Source of the DNA: Massalongia carnosa
Taxonomy: Eukaryota
Reading direction: 5' to 3'
DNA: 64,000 nucleotides
NCBI GenBank assembly: GCA_965645245.1
Contig: OZ287070.1
Location: 620,001-684,000 of the forward strand
The translations under genes were made by a program, and so were the position numbers. Of the stretch, positions 24,601 to 37,469 are shown in pieces. The notes under the pieces are model-generated. The model was not told where the DNA came from, ran no database searches, and worked only from the letters and a program-made list of their open reading frames with translations. The stretch's first letter is position 1. Every line of letters starts with the position of its first letter.

Positions 24601-25605
24601 ATGGCACCCATAACCCAAGCCGAATCCTGGTTCTACGATCCTGAATGGCAACTCCACATGAACGGGTGCTCTCGCTCAAAGGCGGTCCAAGAAAGAGTCG
24701 CCAATTGGAAAGTCGAGGAGGTCCAGCAGGCTTATTCGAATAATCGACTCCAACCTCAAGCCCCCTTAAATGCTTGTATCCTTACCGATACTCAAGCCAC
24801 ACGCGCCATCAGAGCGACAAGGTCCACAGGTGCAGCTACTAATATCACCACTTCAGTCGCTAACACCAACACCGCTGTGGATGCTACCCACCTCCCACTT
24901 CGCCGGTTCAGCTACCTCCATCCAAGAAAGCCACCTCCTCTTCCCCTTCAACTCTCAGCACCTAGCCTCAGCATAGACAACCTCGCGCTTTTAAATCGCC
25001 TTACATCCCCTTTTCAAGCCCCGATAGTTATTACTTCCTCCTCTTCTATGTTCGCGAGCGCCGGCTCCGATAGTATTGCGGGGGAGGGAAGTCAGGTCCC
25101 GAGCGAGCATGGCAGCGCGAAGGAGAGCAATGTGACGGCACTGGCCATGGCAGTTGCGGAGATGACACGTGCGGTCGTCGATGTTGGTTACTGGGGGAAG
25201 GATAGATCCATGCTCCATGCTGACGCTGACGCTAAAGAAACGGAGGAGCTTGGGTCCGTGATCCTCCCTCATCATGAAGAGATCAAGGCTAGTGTCTGTG
25301 GTCGCACCGAGGCTAAGGGTGGGTCATTCCTTAAAGCCGACGCCAATGTGGATCCTCGTCATGCTCGTACTGTTAAGGACGACGATGAATGGGAATGGCA
25401 ATCTGTTGAGGGGGGAGATAGGGGATGGGTTGAGGTTGGGGTTAGGGAGTACGGGACAAAGGGAGCAGGGAAGGAGGGAGGGCTGCAGAGATGGGAACAG
25501 GTTAGGCGAAGGGGTAGGGGGTGGGTTGAGGTTTCAGGAGAGGATAGGGAGTGGGTGAGGGTTGGACCTTGGATCCCGAGGAGGGAGGGATGGGTTGTTT
25601 TTTAA
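24601..25605 (+). CDS. Orphan/hypothetical protein, 334 aa, single exon
   Basis: 1-kb uninterrupted ORF, good start context (CACCATGG), C/A-rich leader typical of fungal 5' UTRs. No recognised domain. Confidence 0.55.
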   Translation: MAPITQAESWFYDPEWQLHMNGCSRSKAVQERVANWKVEEVQQAYSNNRLQPQAPLNACILTDTQATRAIRATRSTGAATNITTSVANTNTAVDATHLPLRRFSYLHPRKPPPLPLQLSAPSLSIDNLALLNRLTSPFQAPIVITSSSSMFASAGSDSIAGEGSQVPSEHGSAKESNVTALAMAVAEMTRAVVDVGYWGKDRSMLHADADAKETEELGSVILPHHEEIKASVCGRTEAKGGSFLKADANVDPRHARTVKDDDEWEWQSVEGGDRGWVEVGVREYGTKGAGKEGGLQRWEQVRRRGRGWVEVSGEDREWVRVGPWIPRREGWVVF

Positions 25606-26731
25606 TGGGGAGGTTTCCTCCTGGGTAGGGGGGAAAATGGAACTGGTGGCGTTGTTCCCTCACCTCCTCATCCGCTTCATTTTCGTGGTTATTATGGATC
25701 ATTTTTCAGCTCAGACTGGAATAGACTAGGGTGAAGTGAAAAGTGTGCTATTACGTGCACATATCAGGAGAACAAGAGAAGGGAGGGAAGGGAGTTGGAA
25801 ATGAAGAAAAGAAGTGGCTTTATAGAGTGAAATCCCCTTTCTGTTTTTTTCTGTGTTTGTTCCTTTCCCTGTTATCCAAAAAAAGTCCACTGTTTTATGC
25901 TAATAGCCATGGTACTGGACGTACGAGGGTTGTCGTACACGATACATCGTAATCCACCATAATCCACCGAAACCGCTGGTCGCCAGACCGACCAATCAAT
26001 AATTAATTCATAAAAAGAAGGCGAAAAGAAAGGAAGGAAGGAACCCATTCTTCGGCCCAGCCCGGAACTTGAGCATGGGGATTCGTTCGGGGCAAGTAGA
26101 GTATGTGCATAGGTAGCATGACTGGTTCGCTTTAGGGGGTTTCCAGTTGGGGGTAAATTAACGTTCATGTATCCAGAAGGGGGTGGAGGAAGAGAGGGAA
26201 GGGAGGCAGGGATGGGAGTGGGGAAGAAGGAAGGGAGAGAGGGAGAGAGTGGAAGGGGTATCGAAAAGCGATAGTCGGGCAGAAATAGCTAGCCGGTACT
26301 TTCTCGAGATGGAAATGGTCTGCTGATGAGAAAGCGCAACTATTTTCGACCTGATACGAAGGCGAGGGTTGTTTGTCCCATCGAGTTTTGGAAACTCGTC
26401 TGGTCCGTTGTCATCGAACAGTTGTTAGATACCGGGAAAAAGTGGCAGCCAGTTAAAAGACATATTTGATGGAAGTTACTCATTTAGAAAATGCGATGTC
26501 ATTCGAAATAGCTGATGGGATGTTAGGTTTTTCTTTTCTTTTTTTCCTTCTTTCTTTCGGTTTTATTTCCTGCGCACGGGCGGTCGGATGAACCTCGAAA
26601 AACATGCTCGATCGGGTTGGTTCCAGAAAAGGAGGAAAAGATGGGAGGGATCAACTCAGGCCGATGATGAAATGAGAAAAAGGAAGTGGAAGAGGATGAA
26701 AATGAAAAGGCTTACGATCAATAGAAAAATG

Positions 26732-28120
26732 TCAAGTCAGAATACCATTAACATTTCCAGAGTCTTTACCTATGTTTCCCCCCCCAACCCCATCCCCTTG
26801 CTTACCACCCCCGTCCTCCTCTTCCCCGTCCTCCTCATCTAGCCCCTCCAAAGGGAAGGTCAGAATAGCAGCAATGCCGCCCAACCCCTCTAATCGCCTC
26901 CCACTCTCATGCTCGCTGCTCAACACCCTCACCTCCCCGCCTTCCCCCTCCCTCACCCGATCAACAAGCCCAACCCACCGCCTCCGAGCGCCCACCTCCT
27001 GCGCGCGAAACATCCGGTCCGAAATTAACAAGACGCCTCCTCCCTTTCCCAGGGCCCCCTTTTCCGCCGCACGCTCCACCTCACGTGGGCCGTACCAGGC
27101 GCGGTTGTCATCTTTGCGTAGGAGAGTGAGAAAATCATCCATCAACCGGGTTTCGCGCGCGAACTGCGTGTCTTTCAGCCGCGCAAGCACAGCGGGTGAT
27201 TGTAAGATCTCGTTCAGCGAGTGGAGATAGCCGCTAGAAGAGTGGACGACGATGAGGTTGGATTTTTGGGCCAGGAGGGGCTTGTCGCCCGTGCGGATGG
27301 CGGTGTCGAGGATGAACTTCTGAAAAGTGGCTGCTGTGAAGCCGGGACTGGCAAGAAGAATAGGTTTTTGTTCGGTGAGATCGATTTGCCGGAGGATTGT
27401 TTCGAGTAGGGTTTGGAAGAAGCGGTCTAGACCCTAGGTTTGCATATGAAGGGTTAGAGATCATCCAGTTGAAGGAACCTGCCGCTTCGTCCATGCATTA
27501 ATAACTCACCTTGTCATGTTCGCCCGCTCTCCCCGCTCTCTTCCTGGGCACCGGTACCTCTACCCTCTGTCTCAGCACTGTCCTCGCCCCCGTTAACACT
27601 GCTACGTTCGCCAATCCCTCTTGCATAACCACCGCCCAGCACTGCGCGTGCTTCGCCGCATTGCACGCCTCGTTCACTACGCCTCTCGCCACACTATCCC
27701 ATCCCTCACTCTTCTCGAGCGTGAAATTGCGCTGCAGCTCTAAGTCTAGCGTGTGGAACTGGCCCACTTTTGTAAACTTGGTTTCCTCGGCGATACGTCC
27801 GGATACATGTAGCTGGCTCGATTGCGGGTCGAAATCGGATTTGGAGACTCGAACTGTGAGGGTTGTGTGGATGCGGGTGGAGGTGGTGGAGCCGGTTGCT
27901 GATTCTGTGGTTACGCGCCTGAGGGCGGAGGCTCGAAGGAGATCATTGGGGCGGATTAGATTGTACGTGAACCACTAGTTATCGTGAGTGTGAGTTATGA
28001 GGTGTGAGAGAGAATTGTCTCGACGGTGGTGGGGAAAGGTACCATGTCTTCTGGCTCTTCGGGAAACAAGGTCATGGTGCCTGAACCGTCGCGCTCGATA
28101 TTTTGCTTTATGAGACGCAT
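26732..28120 (-). CDS. DOM34: Pelota/Dom34 ribosome-rescue factor (3 exons)
   Basis: MRLIKQNIERDGSG..TLFPEEPEDM|W..YNLI, GQFHTLDLEL, AVVMQEGLAN, ILLASPGF, RAWYGP, SSEHESGRRLEGLGGIAAILTFPL. Confidence 0.95.
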
Positions 28121-28202
28121 ATCTGCAAATAAATTCCGGTACGATAAAAGGCGTGGAAGGCAATGATCTGGTGAAACAGTTCAAATCAGAGAATATGGAA
28201 AT

Positions 28203-28234
28203 GACCGTGGACTTGGACCGTGGACTTGGACCGT
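28203..28234. repeat. 13-bp tandem repeat (GACCGTGGACTTG)x2.5 upstream of DOM34
   Basis: Read directly from the sequence. Confidence 0.85.
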
Positions 28235-28849
28235 CTCTGAGGCAGAAAGTAGTCGTCTATCGATACACTCCCTGGGTTTTACATCAAACCTCATCATGTT
28301 CACACCTGAATTAATCTATCTTCACAATATGCGAATTTTTTTTATAATTTAATATGTTAAAGTTAATCGATCAATTAATCATTAAATGATTAAAAATTAA
28401 AATAATTTTGAAAATAGCTGTTATTGTAACAAAACAAACATGTAACACTTTAGAAATATTGATTTTCTCCGCAAATTTTAAGCGAAAGTCTAATATTTTT
28501 GAATGGTTTCATTTCAACGTGTGAACATTTACGATTAATATGACTGTAATGAACTTAAAAAAAATATGTTAATTAAATTTATGGTAAAAATATTTTATTT
28601 CGAAAGCTTGAAGTTGTTTGAATAATTTAATTTACGCGGAAACTTTGTTCTGGTACCGCAACAACCTCCTTTGGGAATAAATGGTTAGCTTCCATTGGGA
28701 TCTCGGTCCGAGACATCTGGATTTCGTCGTCGATATGTAATCTTTATTTATAATCTGAAATGATTAGAATAGCATCGAGAACTGCTAATACAAACAGAAG
28801 GCTTTCCTCGGCTGTGAAAAGACATAATCTTGGGTTTTCATCTGCGAAG

Positions 28850-30071
28850 ATGTCGAAATTGAGCATCAACTCCAAGCATCCCCTACTTTCGGGACATGAA
28901 ATACCAATTTTAGGTTATGGGGTGAGAATGCTATTTTTCATTTGAAAACATCAGCTACTTTACGAGTCTTGTGGAGACGAGGCGACGATCTTGTTTGATC
29001 TATCCTCTTCTCACATTCCCTTTGGCTGAGCTAACCTTGCATCATCATCATAGGTCTGGCAAACGTAAGATGGCTGTATACCAGCCTCGTACTAAAATAC
29101 TAAATTTCCTTCAGGCCAGCCGAGGTCGCTGAAGATGTTGTCTTGCATTCCTTCAAGACCGGCTATAGACATGTATGATTACGGAACTAAATATTGGCAT
29201 TGTAGCTAAATCGCTTTTGAACAGGTGGATTCTGCCAGAATGTATCGCAACGAAGGCCCCTGCGCCGGGGCCATCAAGAAATCAGGGATTCCTCGCAGTG
29301 AAATCTTCTTCACCACCAAAGTTCCAACTCGATCAATGGCCTACGAGCAGACAAAAAGCTCGATAGAATCTAGCTTCCAGCAAACAGGGCTAGATTATAT
29401 TGACTTGCATGTCATCCCTCACACAACCTAGTCAGTGTACTGAACACGCTGACAAACCTAAGGTATCTTATTCACGCCCCTTATGGTGGTAAAGAGGCAC
29501 GTACAGGCGCATGGAGAGCATTGGTAGAAGCTCAGCAAGCTGGGAAGATCCGCTCCCTTGGCGTCTCCAACTATGGCATCCATCATCTCAATGAGCTGGA
29601 GACTTACATCAAGGAGCTCGAAGATCGCCATGGCAAGGGGAAGGGTGGCGAGATCAGCGTGGGCCAATGGGAATTGCATCCCTGGCTTGCCCGCCCCGAC
29701 ATAGTTGAGTGGTGCCAGAATCGTGGCGTCGTGATCGAGGCGTATTGCCCGATCGTGAGAGGCCAGCGATTCGATGAGCCGGTTCTGCAGCCGTTAGTGA
29801 AGAAGTACGGCAAGACGCCTGCGCAAATATTGCTTCGGTGGAGCCTGCAAAAGGTAATTGGTGTTTTGGCTATGCCGCCCGTGTTGAATTTGTGCTGACG
29901 GAAGATATTTGGTTATAGGGGTTTGTGCCCCTGCCGAAATCCGTGACATACTCGAGGATCGAAGAGAATGCGAATCTCTATGATTTTGAATTGAGTCTTG
30001 AGGACATGAAATCCTTAGAGACTGGTGAATACTCTCCATGTTCCTGGGATCCAACCACGAGCCAGGATTAG
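28850..30071 (+). CDS. Aldo-keto reductase (6 exons; possible upstream start at 28760)
   Basis: GHEIPILGYGVWQ, GYRHVDSA.MY.NE, IFFTTK, DYIDLYLIHAP, GKIRSLGVSNY, AQILLRWSLQKGFVPLPKS; stop TAG 30069-30071. Confidence 0.93.
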
Positions 30072-30846
30072 TTCTTACATGTCTATCTTATAACTTTTTC
30101 TGCTCACTTTTGAGTAATAGGGTTAAATGAGAATTCATGGCTCTTTGTACCGGCTTTGCATGCCAAAGGTTCTGACTACGCATGTACTTTGCAATCCCCT
30201 TTATAGATGTTTTATAAATTTCAGGAGCCCTTATGTACTTATAGCTGCGGTAAATTTTAATGACCAAGTAAGGAAAAAATTGAGTAGGAAAACTTTCTTG
30301 ATTTGATTCTTCGAGTTATGAGTAAGGCGTACACAGATACTTAATCTACTCTGAACATCTTTCAGTATTGGGTCATAAGATAACCCCCTTTACAGAAGTG
30401 ATGTATGGAGAAGGGTGAGTATGCATATGATCCCGTAAAAAGACTCTCTCCCAATGAGAAGCTCATCTCGTTATACTGACAAACCGGCGTACTGAATGAA
30501 TGCTGTGGAAAGCTACTGCCCCAGAAATTTTGACCGATTCAAAGGAGACCATCAAACGCACCTTGCCAGAAATCGGAAAATATGCCTGTGTGGATTGTCC
30601 GGGCTCTTTTTCGGGTCACGTGTTTTCTTTCGTTGTGCGGGATCTCCCGCACCCACCTCGAGTTAAGCCTGTTTATTATGCACTTCCATCTGCATTTAAC
30701 AAGAGCTCGAAAGCTTTCGTCTATAATTATACCGTCCAACTACAAGATGTCAACTGCTGGAGAAATCTATTCAGATCTCAGTTATTCTCCTCCACGTCTT
30801 TGGGAGCTCAGCTTTGGTTATAATCCCCTTTTCTTCTCTTACCAGC

Positions 30847-32216
30847 ATGCCTCCCAGAAACGATCCGCGCCGCCCCCAGACCCTCAAGCAGGCAAAGAAG
30901 GCCTATCAGAAAGCTGGTGCGGCTCCCCGATTGTCGGCAATTGAGCTTCGCCGCCTTGATAGACTTGTGGAACTGGATGAACGGGCAGGTCGCATCCAGG
31001 CTAAAGAGAAACGGAAGAAGGCCAATCAAAAGAAGAAGACGGAGAAGATGGAGAAGGAGAAATTAGCACGGAAGAAAGAGGGCCTTTCAGAGAGAAAGGA
31101 GGCGTACATTGGGCCCAGCCAGCAAAGGCTGCCTTTTGCTGGGGTTGGGAATAAGGGAGATAGCTGTGACGATGATAGCTCTAATGAGAGAGAAGACATG
31201 GCGGTGAATAAGGAGCCAGCTGCTTGCGGGCGTGCAAGGCTGCTTTCCCGTTCTTCTCTCAGGTCGCCTCGTCAATCACATGCCAGAGGAGTTGGACAGT
31301 TAAATGCCCGATTATCTCAGTCTCTTCATCCAACACTCCTTCCATCAGCTCCAACAAATCCCTTCAGGCTTATATCTCCGAAAATGAACTCGGTTAAGCC
31401 TCCATCAACCGTCATTGAATCAAAGGGTTCCCATCTCGAGGACGATGGCTGGATGGATTTTATGGAAAACGGATCACAGATAGAGCGAGAGCTACTTAGC
31501 TCACTAAATAAGTTGCGTCCCAAGATCTACGCTGCTCCGCCATCCTCAAATAGCCCACTTGCTTTGCAGGCGGATGGTATATCAAATTTGTTTCCCTTGC
31601 TGTCCAGGCAAAATACGGAGGGCTGCGGAGGTCAGTTACCTCAAACACTGCCTGTAAAGATCGAAGTATCCGACCCTGAAGACAGTCTAATGGACGATGA
31701 AATTGATTGGCCCTCGACGCAAGGCTTCCATAGCTACAAGTTCAATTCGTCTCGTTTTCCAGCTGTGGCGGTAAAACAGTCTAAAGTCAACTATGCTCGT
31801 GCTGACGGGCAACTAATTATACCTACGATGTAAGTTCTGGAGGAAGAACCCGCCAATTTGACTGTCGTGGACTTGGAAGATTTCGGATCCTTAGATGAGT
31901 TTAGGGCGAGAAGCTAGCTAATTTTGGTGTCATATCGTTCACTAGGGAGAATAGCTGTGGAACCGACGACAAACTTTTGGACGATGATTTCCTGTCTCTG
32001 ACGAAGGGGGTCGAAGTTGATTCAGCTATTGACCATACTACCAGCGTCAAGGACAAGAAAGTCGACAAGACACAAAGAAATGTTGAAACAGAGTCTTGCT
32101 TTGATGAAGATGCTCCATCGACGCAGGAACTGCTCGCGCTTGCGAAAAATAGTGATTTTGATGAATATGAAGAATTCGAAATCGGAACGCAAGCTCTGCT
32201 GGAACTCGTACCTTGA
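30847..32216 (+). CDS. Hypothetical protein with basic coiled-coil N-terminus and acidic C-terminus; 3' exon structure uncertain
   Basis: Long ORF from MPPRNDPRRPQTLKQAKKAY and a downstream acidic ORF (31977-32216) probably joined by splicing. Confidence 0.6.
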
Positions 32217-33903
32217 GCATTCTTCCAGCCATCAGATGTTTACAGACCTTGGCTTGCTGTAAGATAGCCAAGGCACATCAGGTGGGGCACAACTTGGAGC
32301 TAGTTTCGTCCCTTAGGCATGGAGTTTGCTCATTGGCTCTCTCTCTTATATTATTATAAGTGTTTGGATATACTGTTGGTAGGTGCCTGTTTTGTTTCAC
32401 ATTTCGTTGTATCTACTAACTTGCTGTAGCATTTGGGTTTTAAAGGAAAATTTTGTACGGGAGTTGTGTTCTTGCTCAGTATTTCGCACTTCCAGCGGTT
32501 CCAAGGGACTGACTTACAGTATCCTTTCGGGTAGCTACCTTTTCAAGGGTACACACTCCTGCTATTTGGGACACTCGCAGAAGTTAGTTGTAGGAAAGGC
32601 GTTCTTCAGGGAAAGGGTTTGCAGAGAATAACAGCAAGGGCTACGAACGGTGTCTTGACTTTTGTCTCATTCTCAGCATATGTAAATGTCAGAATTCTTG
32701 TCGGAATGAAGGAAGATGTGACTACCTAATTGTCCACTCGCTCGTCACCCTCAATATCTTCTCCCATACCCTTGCATTACTGCAAAGCCAATCAATCAAT
32801 CAGTGAACCCCATCCCTCTCCTCTTTTTTTCGGGCTTCATTCAATCGTTCTTAGGCATGATCCTTTCTTTCCCTTACCAAGCCCCCCTGCACTTGTAAAT
32901 ATACCTACTCTATCTACATACATCGATAAAACTTGCCTTAACCCCCTTCGCCTCGCCGCCCTAGCTAGCCTAGCACAGCACAGCATAGCATCCATTCATT
33001 CCACCTACCCTAAATACATCCTCCCTTGAAGCTTCCGAGTAAGTAAGTAGGCGAGTATGTGAGTACGGTACATACTTAAAGCTACGGTATGCTTGCTGTT
33101 GGTTAGCTGGTTGTAACGTCAACGGAAATGGAAAGGAGGGAATAGGTGGATAGAGAGCTTCTTCCACAGCTTCGTCCCTAAAGCCAACCTCTCAACCATC
33201 CCCTTAACCACTTTCACATCCGCGCGACTTCCTCCCCCCCAAACAGGTTGTGTTGTTGTTTCCTACCCATCCCCCATTCGTTTAGTCACCGAAGGCGGTT
33301 TCCCTGTGGCGTACTTATTCTACTTGCATTCGCTTTCCTTCCACTATGCACTCAACGTAGTGGGGGCATTCGGACTTACGGGCTTGCGTAATCTCTCCTC
33401 TTCTTTCTTTTTCGTTCTCGGTCCTGTTCAGTTGCAACTTTGGCTGTGGTTGTTGGCTTTGACTGTGGGCCTTTGCTTGTTTTTCTTTTTTCTTTCATTC
33501 TTTCTTCTCTGTTCTTTTCTTAGATGTTTTAGGTATGTATAGATGACTAGGGAGGAGAAAGGAGAAAAGTGAAAAGAGAAAAGGAAAAGAAGTGTTTGGC
33601 TGATTAACATGAATGGATAAGTCCAACAGCTAGTGTGGAAAGAAAGAAACTGGGAGATGACGACAGGCGGAGGAGAGAAAGAGCAAACAAAATGGGGAGT
33701 TGTGAAAGGACGGATGGATGGATGATAATAAGGGAAATGGGAGGGAGGTAATCATGATTGGGAGGATATATAGATGGAGATGAAGATATGCTTAGCCTGC
33801 CGATGTGATATTCCAAGATTCACCTCCTCGTAGCGTATGAATTCGTTTACATAGTTCATCCTAATATTGCTTCCGTCAGCTCTTTCATCATAACTCCGAT
33901 GCT

Positions 33904-35957
33904 TCAGAACGCATCCGTCAAAGCGCCATGACTCGCATCTCCAACCAAATGCGCGTACTTGGCTAATACCCCCCTCGTCACAGTCTTATACGGGGCCTTC
34001 CACCCCCTCAAGCGCGCCCGAATCTCCTCGTCGCTAACCTCCATGCGCAGCTCGTTGGTCTCGGCAGAAATCGTCACGACGTCGCCGTTGCGCACCGCCG
34101 CGATGGGCCCACCCACCGCAGCCTCGGGTACCACGTGGCCGACAATGAAGCCGTGGCTGGCACCGCTGTAGCGCCCGTCGGTCACAAGAGCGATGTTGGT
34201 GAGCTTGGCGCCCATCAGCGCAGCGGAAGCTTTCAGCTGCTCGGGCATGCCGGGGCCGCCCTTAGGGCCCTCGTAGCGCACGATGAGCACAATATTTTTG
34301 TCGCGCTCGATGACACCGCGGTTGAGCGCATCGTCAAGCTGGGATTCTTTGTCGAAGACGAGTGCTCGGCCCGTGAACTTGGTGCCTTCCTTACCAGTGA
34401 TTTTAGCTACGGCCCCGCCCGGGGCGAGGTTGCCGCGCAGAATTTGGATGTGGCCTGTCGCTTTGATAGGGTTGGCGAGCGGGCGGATAATCACTTGGTC
34501 TTGGGGGAGGGAGGGGAAGGAGGAGATGTTCTCAGCGAGAGTTCTGCCAGTTACAGTAGGGATGTCGCCGTCCAAGAGACCTGCTGCTAGGAGGAGTTTC
34601 TGCACCGAGGGCACGCCGCCAATCTCGTATAGGTCCGCCATGAAATATCTTCCGCTCGGGGCGAGGTCAGCGATGAAAGGGATTTTGTTGCTAACACGTT
34701 GAATATCATCCAGGGCGAGAGGGACGCCTGCCGTGGCGGCCATCGCGAGGAAATGGACGACGCCGTTGGTGCTCCCTCCAAGCGCCATTGTCATGACCAT
34801 TGCGTTTTCAAAGGAGCGTTTAGTTAGCAGATCTCGAGGCTTGATGTTTCGTTCCATACATATCCTGATGGCGTCCGCCACTTTATTGCATTCTCGCATT
34901 TTGGCAGGAGAAGTGGCAGGAGTGGAAGAGGAGCCTGGCAACGTCAGACCCATCGATTCGATTGCTGATGCCATGGTGTTAGCAGTGTACATCCCGCCGC
35001 AGGCGCCAGCACCAGGACACGCATGCTGTTCGATGTCTTCCATGATTTCATCCTTAGATTTGGACCTGTCGCCACCGTCGTCCGGCTGGACTAGCGTGTT
35101 GTAGGCGTATGCTCCGGACGCCTCGTAGCACGTTGAAATATTGATCGGTTTCCGGAGAAGGTTGCTATAACCAACGGTAATGGTGCCGCCGTAGATCATG
35201 ATAGAAGGTCGGTTGTGCCGAGCCATGGCCATGACACAACCAGGCATGTTCTTGTCGCACCCGGGAAGAGCGATGCAGGCGTCATGGTGCTGAGCGCACG
35301 TTACAGTCTCGATACTGTCGGCAATAATCTCGCGAGTTTGCAAGGAGAAACGCATACCTGGGAATGTCAGAGGAACATAAGGAAGTATGATTTCTCACGA
35401 ACCTTCGCCACCCATGGTAATGGCGTCTGAAACTCCAATGGTGTTGTACTGCCATGCTAACATACCCTGTTTTTGCACTGACTCCTTGACGATCCTACCA
35501 AGGCTTAGGACTGTAAGACGAGTTAGATGAGGCGTGGGGACATGTTTTTTCGACGGTGGGTTCAAACATAACAAAATCATCACTCACGGTGCATACTGTT
35601 TTCAGTCAGCCCTGAGCCCTTATCATAGAGCGGCAAAAAGAGCGTCTCACTTGCATGGATTTCCTTCCCACCATACTGATGCTACTCCTACATGAGGACT
35701 ATTCTTCATAGCCTCCCGGTTCGGCACGCCGGCCGCGTACAGCATGGCCTAGTTAATGTCAACTTGACGCTTTTGCTGGCAAACATGAGCGGGCGATTGA
35801 CCTGAGCGCCTGGAAAATCATGGTCCTTGGTAATGGTCGAAGAGTACCTGTTGAGCCTGAGTTTTCCATCTTGAGTCGAATGGTCTGGGAGATGAGGAAA
35901 GTCCAAGAATCTGGGTTGTTCGGGTTCATTCTGCTTCTGCAGATTGGAAGGGTCCAT
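33904..35957 (-). CDS. Dihydroxy-acid dehydratase (IlvD/Ilv3 family), paralogue without evident mitochondrial presequence; 5 exons including an 8-nt exon (35588-35595)
   Basis: WWEGNPCNMHL, GVSDAITMG, PGCDKNMPG, GACGGMYTANTM, GGSTN, GPKGGPGMPE, TDGRYSGASHG. Confidence 0.95.
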
Positions 35958-37469
35958 CTTCGGCGCCTCCTTGATAAGGATCTAAAAAATCGTCCAGGAG
36001 GATGCCTTAGGTGAAATGGAGAAGGGTTACTATGATAAGCAACCCGGTCGATTTTGTTTTTGTTTTTGGGGTTTTAAAGTCAACCTTTCACTGGTTTTGT
36101 GATTCGGTAGAGAGGAGAAAGTATTTATAGGACACCGACAAGTTGGCTATTAGGCTGGTTTGCCGGAAGATCTACCAGATACAAGCCAGCAGCAGTGCTT
36201 GTTTGAATGAAAAGACTTCTTCAATGGGCTAAGGATCTTCATGGAAGTGGGGTTGAATATGGAGAAATACAAAGTTCACGATCTCGGATGAGATGAGCAG
36301 CTCAACTGTCAGCTCCGGCTGAGACGTTTAGTACTTTGAATATCACTCCGATATGAGTGCGTCTACTGACGCTCCACAACCCACGACGATATCCGAATCG
36401 AATTGATGGGAAACTCAGTCTTTTTTCAATGCTTCATGATACATGCCACTTAGAGCCATCCCGCCTTGAGACCTGACGACTTCGTGTTTTCTGAAGACAT
36501 ACTTATGTGAAGGATCGATCACATTGAGACTAGGCATACTGGGACCGACTAGAAGCAGACACCAAGACAAATGGGGGCTGGCCCGGCCTAGCAGTCAATC
36601 TTGCCTGGGTATGGTAAAGCCTGTTAAACACGTCACGAATGGAGGCGGGCTAGAGATAGAGGGAGAGTGGAAGAATCGAGCAGGTAGGCGAATGGTCCCT
36701 CAGGTATTCCGTACATGTGTTGGAGGATTCATCGTGGGAAGCACGAGCGATTAGATAAACCGACTCGTCTCAACCGATACTTGTACCTTCTCGACGTGAA
36801 GACATCTAGATAAATAAAGCATCCTCGGATATCTAAAGATGTATACACTCCATCATCCATCATTCGCCTGTGTTGTTACTCATCACCTATTTTGCCGTGA
36901 CAACGGACCACTCGTTCCGCCCTGCATGCAGCAATCCCAAATGTAGCCAACTTCCTGCTGATGGTTGCGAGTTCTAATCAAGCTCGAACTTCTGAGCCAA
37001 ACGTCATTCGTTGGGCTCCATTATCTTCTCTTCCGTATTCCGTACCGACTAGGGATTCTATCAATTGCCTGTCTTGGACCGGAAATGCATCCTCTACGCT
37101 TGCCTAATCGTTTCATCCATACCCTCTATGGGACTGACAGGCAAGAGCGATTGCTAGTCATTGGGCTGATCTGCAGCCGCTTTGTATGTCACCTTCTACC
37201 CGCTTTTCTATCATCAAGGCGAGAATATAGAATAGCCGCTGTAAGGCCGATATGGTCTGCATTTGCAGCTCACGTTCCGCAATCAGACCAGGCACCCGAC
37301 CTCTGGTTTCCCAAAGGAGAGTGTTCCACACGCATACTGCATGAAGGGCTGGCCGCGCCGTGGCCGCACCGTTCTTAACCACCAGCCTCTGCAGCTGGTC
37401 CTTTCAAGCCTCTTCATTGGCTGCCGCGATTGACATTCACTTTTCTCTTTGATTCGCCGAGGGGTTAAG

